Shown piece by piece: positions 54,408-64,000 of a DNA stretch of 64,000 bases. The stretch lies in NCBI RefSeq assembly GCF_009914755.1, contig NC_060927.1, one strand, 5' to 3'. The notes beneath the pieces were generated by a model. The model saw nothing but the letters and a program-made list of their open reading frames with translations, was not told the origin of the DNA and did no database searches. How positions within the stretch are numbered: position 1 is the first letter of the stretch; each line of letters starts with the position of its first letter. The stretch comes from the human T2T-CHM13v2.0 reference genome, Homo sapiens. Made by a program: the position numbers and the translations under genes.

Positions 54408-56379
54408 TCAAATATTAAATCTCAACAGAGGAGAGAGAGGATTCTCTCGCTCTAACATATAAATGGGAGTTACCCAAAGAAAAACAGGTAAATCTTCAAG
54501 AGGTGGCTTTGAGTTCAGGCTTAAATACCATTATTTGCTGAAACAAACAAAGAAGGGTGCTGAAGGAGGTCAGTTAAGAGGAGATGCCCAGGAAAAGCGC
54601 AGTGAACAAGAGTGAGTTTTGTTCAACAGTATTATGTCAGTGCTCTCCATTGATGAGAGTCTCCAGTGAGTTACTGTTTCTTCTCTTCCTGCTACACAGA
54701 GGGAGACACCCATACAAATAGAGATTTCCTTTATAGATGTACATTTCCCTTATAAAAGGGTAATTTTTACTGTTTTCAGAGCTTCTCCCATGTTTGTAGT
54801 TTCTCAAAATAGCCAGTTCAAAATAATTCTTAATCCAAAGAGACACATTTTGGGGTGAACATATTCTGGTCTACTACAGGTCATATTTTGGGGTGGCATA
54901 GTCTCATCTCCTACTTGTTCAATTCAGTGTTATTAAGTGAAGGAGTGAATTATTATTATGACTTAACCTCTCATCTAAAACATGTCAAAAGGACCTTATT
55001 AATATAGATTTTTTGAATCTAGTGGTGAATCTTGGGCACAAATTGCTGTTCCTGTGATGAACAGCCAGAATCTGACCAAATAAACCATCACTATATTCCA
55101 TTTAAAAAAAATTATATATTTTTTTCATGAAAAAGAAGTCACAGCATGTAGCACACTGCTCTTAAGTAAAAGTTAAATAAAATAGTTCAGCTGGTTAGAA
55201 AATAAGCTTCAAGTTTAAAACCACATATCATTCTTTATACAGATGATTATTTGGGACAGACTTCAATAGAATCATACTTTGCTAGCAAGGAAGGCAATTT
55301 TGGCAATAGCACACAGTGATCAGCAAGAGTGACTCATATTTTCCAACTGAGATCAATGGACCCTCATCCATTAACACAGACCTAAATATTACCTGATAGG
55401 AAGGGATGACAGTGGAAGTGCGAGTCAGAAAGGTATGGCATACTCAGATTTAAAGGTTTTTTTTCATGTTATAATCCCTTTTTGTACTCTACAGGAAAGC
55501 AGCATAATTTTAGATTTTCAATTAGTTTACCCTAGGTATTAAATGAAAAATGTCTTTTTGAGTAATGTAAATTATTTTTGTTCACCTACTTCAAGCTGCT
55601 CTTTGCAGGATTTGATTTTAAAAGTCCTTGGCAGCATTTTACCAATAAATCATTTTAAAATGTCAACAAATAGTTTCATTTTGGGGTGGATTATAAGCCT
55701 TTCAATAAATCAGATGCCTGCTAGATATTTAAATATTAAAAGGTAAGCCAGTGAATTGACCACAAAGCAATCAATAATTAACTATATTAAACTCAAACAA
55801 TTCAAGTACGTAAAAAAATATCTAAGACATGATAACATCTTTAGTTTAAAAATGATGCTCAGAATTTGTTCTTTCCTTGTTCGTCACAGTATTTTTAGGT
55901 ATGCATTTGCTAATAGAATTATTTTTATATTTAAATTTATTTATATAGCTCTTAATGAATTATAAATTATGTCGCATTGATGCAGATGTGAAAAGAATAT
56001 AGGAGTTACTTTTGGGTCCACAACATGCAATCTGTGGTTTCTTTTTTTTTCCTTCTTCCTTCTTTCTTGATTATATTTTTCTTATATTTTCTTACTTTTT
56101 GAGTTTATTTATTTCTTCTTTCTACTTACTCTATTTTAGATTTATAAGCCTTTTGGGGATTGAAACTACATTTTATTTTTCTTTGCATCTCAGGGCTCCA
56201 AGTGTGAATTTGGTCCAAAATCAGTATTTCTTGAATTATTGAATTAATGACGATGAATGAAAGACTGATGGTCAGGGAGATAAGATAATTTCACATCTAA
56301 CTGAAAAAGCTGGATGAACTTTAACTTAGAGAATAATTAGTCAAAGTAGATGAAATTGACATATCATATTTTTAACTAC

Positions 56380-56750
56380 TAGCAATTTTTACATCTAATG
56401 CTTTTCTAAACAACACAATAATGACATGAAGGCAATTATACAACTTTGCAGAGGGCATTAAAGGGGATGAAAAATTGAGGATACACTTTTTTTTTGAATA
56501 AAAATATTAAATGTTGTAGAAAATGTCAATTCTTTACAAATTAATTCTATAAATGTAATGCATTTCTCAAAGTTTATAATAAGAAATTTAATTTTTGAAA
56601 ATTGAAGGGCAAATTTTAAAGCTGAAAGAGAAACTCTAATTCCTAAGAATATTTTGAAAGAAAAAGTAGAACAGTGAGGAACACTTTAACTCTTGGATAG
56701 CATAACACATTCAGAAACGGTCAGTTAAAATGATGTAATATTGCCACAGG
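56380..56750 (+). mobile_element. Decayed L1M ORF2 fragment
   Basis: aaaatgtcaattctttacaaattaa...aaatgtaatgca...caaattttaaa. Confidence 0.55.
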
Positions 56751-57329
56751 GTGGTCAAGAAGGAAGCAGGAAGACCACTGAAGGCATTAATACAACAGCC
56801 CATATTGGCAACCCCTTTTCTCAGCCCCCTTATCCTTGCTAATTTTCTTGATCTCCCAGTTTCTGCTAAGATGTGTAAAAATAATTCACTATAAATGTAT
56901 TAATCTATTTCTTTTTGTACCTCTGTCAGTTATTGCTTTATATTTTGAAGCTATGTTATTAACTGCATACGAATTTGTGATTATGTTTTTTCTTTTTATT
57001 ATAATGTAATTTTTCTCTTAATGCCCTTTCACTTAAATTCTATTTTATAATAATATTGCCGTAGTATTTTTAGTTAATAATTCTTTTTCCATCAGTTTAT
57101 TCTCAGCCTTTCTGTATATTTTTGCTTTAGTATTTCTGATGAGCACAGCATAGTGGATTTTATTATTATTTTTTACATATTGATAATCTTTTTAATAGGT
57201 TGTTTTTACCCATTTAACTTTAGCTTGTTTACTGACAGAATTGGAGTTATTCCTGCCATTTTATTTTGTTACTGTATCTTGTTATTTACTTTACATATAC
57301 ATATAATATATAGTATTCAACATATATAA

Positions 57330-57630
<301 letters not shown>

Positions 57631-57967
57631 CTTACTTTTAGATTTTAAAATACATACAGATCTATATTCAATATTTTTCTATTCTTCCAACCATAAGAAG
57701 ACATTTAGTGTGCCTTAACAATTCCCACTAAGCAACTTTTACCTACCTCCCCATCATATATTATTGTTGTGCATAATTCCAGTTTCACTTTCTTTTAATC
57801 AAACAAACAAAGCATTAAAGTTAGTTTTAGAAGTTAATACCTAATAAGCTTGAGGCATATTTTATCAATGATAATATATACCATAATCTCATGTTTAATA
57901 CTTTTTATCTGTGCTTACTTTTATTTTTTCAGAAATACATTTTTTAATAATCCTTTGAGTGGCAGCC

Positions 57968-58679
57968 TGTAATCACTTGACAGGGTCTTCTTACCTGCTG
58001 CAGACAAAATCAGTTCACTGAGACCTCAGCACTGTAGTAGAGAAAGAGTTTAATTGGCACGAGGCCAGCCCATGCAAGAAAACTGGAGTTATCACTCAAA
58101 TCTGTCTCCCTGAAGGCTTGGAGGTTAAGGTTTTCATAAACAATTTGTTGGGCAGGGGCTAGGGAATGGGTGCTGCTGATTGGTTGGGGATGAAATCATA
58201 GGGGTATGGGAAATGGCCCTCATGCACTGAGTCAGCCTCTAGGCGGGCCACAGGATCAGTTGAGCCATGGGTCATGAGTCCAGCTGGGGTCAATCTGAAA
58301 GATATCTTAAAAAAATTTCTTAGGTTTTACATAGTGATGTTATCTATAAGAGCAATCAGGAAAGTCACAAATCTTGCAACCTCTGGCCACATGACCCCTG
58401 AGGAATAAGGGATTATAGAAACTATGCCGATGTTATCAGAATTCTGGCCCTTCTCGTAATCCTAACCTTGTGGCTTTTCATTAGGTTTACAAAGGTCATT
58501 TAGTTTGAGGAAGGGCTATTATCATCTTTGCTTTAAGGTTAAACTATAATCTAAATTCCTCCTAAAGTTTGCTTGGCATATACCCAGGAAAGAGTAAGGA
58601 CAGATTGGAGGTCAGAAACAAGATGGAGTCAACTATGTCAGATTTCTCTTACTGTCATAACTTTGCAAAGGCAGTTTCA
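57968..58679 (-). mobile_element. LTR8-family (LTR8A/B-like) solo LTR
   Basis: tgtaatc...gagaaagagtttaatt...ttaaactataa...aagatggagtc...tttgcaaaggcagtttca; 712 bp. Confidence 0.85.
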
Positions 58680-59192
58680 GATGAGCTTCTTTATATATTT
58701 TTATAAGTTTGAAAACATCAGTTTTTCTTTGCTTTTAAAGGAAAATGTGGCTGAGAATAAAATTCTATTTTGACAGATTTTTTTCTTCTATTATTTAAGA
58801 CACAATTTTACTAACTTCTGGCATAAATTGATACCAAGTAATTCTGGCAAAAAATTGTTGCTGTTAGTTTAAATGTCATTCCTTTGTAGGCAACATATAT
58901 TTTTTCACCTGGTTGTTTTTTAAATGATATGTTTATAGTTGATGATCTGAGGTACAACTGTAATGAATCCAAATAATAATTATTTATTATTTTTTAATTC
59001 TGCTCATATTTGAAGCATAATTTTAATTCTGAAATGTTGTCAATAATTACCTCTCCAAATATGGATTTTTCTGCCATTCCTTCCAGTCTGTTCTTCTGGT
59101 GCTCTTATTAAATCAATATCAGAGCATTTCAATTTAATCTGTGATGTTTCTTAACTGGTCTTCACATCTTCATATCTTTAATATATAATGAT

Positions 59193-59595
<403 letters not shown>

Positions 59596-60085
59596 TATGG
59601 TACCATATTCCAATTGACTCATTTTCTTTCTGAGCATATCCAGTCTTACATTGATCCCATATATTATTTTTCATTTTAATGATTATACTTTTTATTTTCA
59701 AGACTTTACACTTATTTTTTCTCATCTTCATTTTTTGTATTCTTTCTGAGCTTTTTTGTTTTATAAATTGTCTTTCTTTTTAAAGAAAGCAATACATTTT
59801 TACATTTCTTTTGAAATCAGTAGCATATTTAAAGTTTTTATCAGACTATTCTACAGGATCTGAACTTATCTGAAATAAATTTTTCTTCTAAAAGTTTATC
59901 TTGATTTGTCCTTCTTAGCATTTGATATTTTGTGTGTGCTTTGGAATTTATAGTTGCAGATTAATTTAATTAATTTATTTATGTATATTTCATACCTAGT
60001 CATGCAGACAGATAAATTTTAATTTGGAAAGATTTTATATTTGTTTCTTTCCATTAATTCTCATTTTTGCCTACCCTTCCCTGCC

Positions 60086-60136
60086 CTTGTAAGTTTTACA
60101 CTTGCTTGTAAGTTTTGCGCTTGTAAGTTTTACACT
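60086..60136. repeat. Three short tandem copies of cttgtaagtttt
   Basis: cttgtaagttttacacttg cttgtaagttttgcg cttgtaagttttacac. Confidence 0.85.
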
Positions 60137-60786
60137 ACTCAGCCCACTGGGCCCCCAATCTAGAACCAGGTTTTTAAAGGCCACTCAGAGTGCACAATGA
60201 CATTAAGGGTTTGCAGATCCAGCCTCTGATTCAACAAGCAATTTGCTTCAGCTCCAGATGGGAGGCTCTGCCTGTTTCCTCTGCATCTTTAGGCCTACTG
60301 CTTCCCCTAAACGAAAACCCTAGACAATAAGTGATAGTTGGTAGGAGAAATTTTCAGCCTTCTTTAAAACCAAAAGGGCTGTGCTGAGTTCTTGGCCACA
60401 CACAGTGAGTTTGATTCCAGACGCCTGTGAAAGGTGAGCACTTTTGCTTCTTTTGTTCCATAGGGAACAATTGCCTGACCACTGCTTCCTCCTGCTGGAC
60501 CCTGAGCCCAGCAAGCCCTGTTTGAGGCTTAAGTCAAACACGATGATCCGTTTCTTGTCTGAGAAAATGTTTGCCTTTATTCAAGCCCACTATGTCTTTA
60601 AAATTTTCTTTTCCTCCCTCTTTTAAAATATTATATCCATCACTGCTTTGTTTTGGGAAAAGATTTTTGAACTAGAATGTGTCACTCTTTCTTTAAATAA
60701 CCCTGTTAGACAGATAGGTAGGTCTGAGAAAGTCAGAGATTGGTAGATGCCTCCTTTTGTTAATTTTACAGATAAGATATTGTAGC

Positions 60787-61104
60787 AACCAGGTCAGGTG
60801 GCTCACACCTGTAATCCCAGCATTTTAGGAAGCCAAGGCAGGAGGATCACTTGAGGCCAGGAGTTTGAGACCAAGTTGGGTAACATAGCAAGATTTCATC
60901 TCTACAAAAAAAATTTTTTTTAAATAGCTGGGCATGGTGGCTCTCAACTGTAGTCCCAGCTACCCTGGCAGCTAAGGAGAGGATCACTTGAGGCCAGGAG
61001 TTCGAGGCTGCAGTGAGCTATAATCACACCACTGCATTCCAGGCTGGGCGACAGCAAGACTCTGTCTCAAAAAAGAAAAAAAAAGAAAAAGAAAAGAAAA
61101 AAAA
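60787..61104 (+). mobile_element. AluJ (inside a minus-strand MIR)
   Basis: ggatcacttgaggccaggagtt in both arms; (gaaaa)n tail. Confidence 0.92.
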
Positions 61105-61311
61105 GATGTTATAGAAATGCAAGTAGCTTTCCAATATTTCAGAGTGAACTGACAGAACAGAGTTAGTCTTGGAGCTTTAGATTCCTATTCCAAAGCCTGT
61201 TTTTCTATAGCACTTTTTTAGTCTTACCCTCTTCTATTAAAAAAAAATTTGAAGTAAATGTTTATTTAAAAATAAAAGTAATATTTAAACTTTGAGAATG
61301 TTTTAATTTTA

Positions 61312-61645
61312 ATTATTTTGTTTTACTTTATTTCTATTTTATTTATTTATTTATTGTTTTAGAGACAATGTCTCACTCTGTCACTGCACTCTATCAGTAT
61401 AGTGGCATGATCATAGCTCACTGCAGCCCGAACTCCTGGCCTCAAGCAATCCACCCACCTCAGTGTCCAGAATAGCTAGTCAGGCAGGTGCCACCATACC
61501 TGGCCTATTTATTTTATTTTATTTTTTGTAGCGACAGGGTCTCACTTTGTTGCCCAGGCTGGTCTTGAACTCCTGGCTTTAACCTATCATTCTGCGTTGG
61601 CCTCCCCAAGTGGTGGGACTACAGCGTGACCCACCAAGCCTGGCC
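61312..61645 (-). mobile_element. AluJ
   Basis: gatcatagctcactgcagcc...gttgcccaggctggtcttgaactcctgg. Confidence 0.9.
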
Positions 61646-61773
61646 AGAGACTATTTCCAATGACTACATTCCAAGATAGCCTATGCTGCTGGATGATAGC
61701 TTAGGTGATTGCAGATCCTTTTCCTCAGAGTCTCAAGGCCAGCCCTAATGAAGAGGTAAAACCCACCACTTCA

Positions 61774-62082
61774 GATAAGCCAGTGGCTCAAGCCTATAAT
61801 CCCAGCACTGTGGGAGGCCGAGGCAGGTGGACTGCTTGAGCCCAGGAGTTCGAGTCCAGGCTGGGCAACATGCCAAAACTCCATTCTACAAAAATGGCAA
61901 AAGATTAGCCAGGCATAGTGGTGCTCGCCTGTGGTCCCAGCTACTCAGGAGTCTGAGGTGGGAGGATCACTTGAGCTGGGGAGGCAGATGTTGCAGTGAG
62001 CCAAGATCACTCCACTGCACTCCATCCTGGATGACTGAGTGAGACCTTGTCTCAAACAAACAAACAAAAAAACCATAAAACA
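61774..62082 (+). mobile_element. AluJb
   Basis: Perfect 17-bp TSD taaaacccaccacttca at 61757-61773 and 62083-62099. Confidence 0.92.
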
Positions 62083-63082
62083 TAAAACCCACCACTTCAC
62101 AACTTCTATCCCTTGGATGGCTATCTAAATTAACCCAGAATGACTTCTTGACCTTTGTCATCCCTTAGATGACAAGCATATGATGGGCTACAGTCTTACT
62201 CATTTATTCCTTCATTCAGTGAATAACGAATGTCTACTCTGTGGCTGTCTTTAGTTTGCCAGGAGGACCCAGTGCTCAGTTCAATGCAGCAGTTGTCTCA
62301 GACAAAAACATTCCAGTTGGAATGATCAACTGTATAGTCTTCCTAATCATGTTGCTTGATCATGGATCTGGCTGCTCAAGTGCTCAGACAAAACCTCCTG
62401 CCTTTTCCTGTTGTGCACAGCTACCTTAACTCCACATGAAAGCTCACTCACTATAAATGGAGAGGTCAGAGGGCTCCTAGGTAAGAGTTTATGCTTTCCC
62501 TCTTCTGAGAGTTTAACAGGCATCTAGAGGCTAATAGATTGTGTACAGGAACAGAAACTACATTTCCTCCGTGAAAGGAAAGGAATCAAGGGGCTGAGTG
62601 ATGGGACTGTTTGCATGGTGATGTCAATCCTTCCTCTAACTCCTTTTCTGCCTCTCTCCTTGGTCTCTTACCCCTTTTTACTAGGCCCATTAAAAATTAA
62701 AAAAATATTTTTTAAAAAAACCACAGTGACCATATTTTGGTGGGTTTGTGAACATGGAGAGAGATATACTTTCTGAGTCAAAGTGTAGAAAATCAGGCAT
62801 TACATATTTAAGATACAACCAATATGCCTGTAATTAGAGTCTCAAAGCTTGATAAGTATTAGGGCCTTTCTAGTTCCAAGGCCTCCAGAAGGGTAAAAAG
62901 TAAAGAAATGCCAAGATAGGGTTTGAAATACTGTGATCTCTTAAATGCAAAAATTACAGATTGAACACCTCTCACCAAAGTCTTTTGTGCATGTCTTGGC
63001 TTCTCTATTTATATTTCTTTAAATATTTTGCTTTATCAAAAGTCTAAATGTGAGGAACTTCGGGCCCTGGGCTTTCTCTAAA

Positions 63083-63083
<1 letters not shown>

Positions 63084-63117
<34 letters not shown>

Positions 63118-63131
63118 ACACACACACACAC
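63084..63131. repeat. (AC)n microsatellite with one interruption
   Basis: About 24 units, one CC interruption. Confidence 0.97.
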
Positions 63132-64000
63132 CGAAGTCTCTGCTTATAATCGCATATTTTAGCAATATGCATTATTTTGTTTTCTTTGTCTCCTTTTCTT
63201 AGGGCACCTAAATTTTACAGCAACTTCTTTATTGAAGCTTTTAGGTTGATTCAGAGTATAAAAATATTTATATATAAATATCCATATATAAAGAAAGGTG
63301 TGGCATTTTATAGACAAAATTGTTCATTAACCACTGGATTTTGGTATTCAAATTTCTAGCCAAGGAGGGAAATACATATATGCGGCAAGAAGAGATATGA
63401 TTATCTTAGAAAAATAAGAAACTAGGAAAGGCTAGTTGCAAAAGGTTCTCTGTCAGAAAATTCAGAAAACAGTGCTCTCTCAGATGGGTACAGACACAGG
63501 CAGAAGAATGTGTCTTTTCCCACTGTGCATTCCAACCCTTCATTAAAGGACAAATCTAGGTTCATTGCTATGGGAGCCACACCAATTACAAGTGCATCTG
63601 TATCATCTCTGCCACTTCATTTCCTCGCACAATCATTGTGAAAATGCATTGCCTGAAAAAAAGTTGACATGTATGCCTACTGACTTTGTAAACTGAAACG
63701 GCTAACAAATCTTGGAAATGATTCAGAATTGCCTCTGGTAATAGTCATATTATTAGTTTATTTTGTCTCTTACTTGTTTCTTTATGATTCATGCCAACAA
63801 CTTGGCTGAAAATCTTAATCAGAAATACAATTGCAAGCTGTTTTTCTTTTTGCTTTTAGATTTCACAAAATGCTTGGGTTGATTCTAGGGAAATGGGTAG
63901 AGAAGGAAGAATCTAAGAAATGTTGCATTTATATTTACTTTCTGAGGATTAACTGGTGAACAAGTGAAATAGCTTATAACAACATGCCTGTCTTTATTTA

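Larger units (their letters stand above)
53300..54457 (+). mobile_element. MER31/MER39-group ERV1 LTR containing L1PA and AluJ
   Basis: tgttgggggcttagaaaatgatacaccaaag...aaca; 4-bp TSD TATA at 53296-53299 and 54458-54461. Confidence 0.7.
53177..54915 (-). mobile_element. MER34-group LTR split by a nested LTR
   Basis: cagattaacaagaga at the left; cagttcaaaataattc...cattttggggtg (twice) at the right; continuity across TSD TATA. Confidence 0.7.

Noticed and set aside
55609-55742. Plus-strand exon candidate (tttgcAG...AAAG|GTAAGC), plus lone sites at 26301 and 63859
   Set aside because: No coherent chain or recognisable coding frame; kept only as a caution about the pseudo-exon background rate

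Overview
Human genomic DNA: AT-rich and CpG-poor, with a copy matching the human-specific AluYa5 consensus as I recall it. I find no credible protein-coding gene, tRNA, rRNA or CRISPR array; the supplied ORFs are repeat-derived or chance ORFs. More than half the window is transposable elements, often nested. (1) An ancient near-full-length L1ME (~9.4-23.4 kb) carries an L1MB fragment, Alus, a complete two-LTR MSTB MaLR, a Tigger4b and a two-LTR ERV1 with a tRNA-Ile-like PBS, whose 5' LTR contains a THE1D. (2) A 7.6 kb minus-strand ERV1 provirus (tRNA-Pro PBS, decayed gag/pol) sits inside an AluJ. (3) A cluster of MER4-group LTRs lies at 52-55 kb. The most unusual signals are two fold-back/template-switch rearrangements (10764-10842 and 52394-52628), an AluY whose target-site duplication contains a microsatellite, a pristine AluYa5, and four strong non-coding exon candidates on the minus strand. 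I cannot support a wholly new biological system here. Repeat subfamily names come from recalled consensus sequences and need Dfam/RepeatMasker confirmation.
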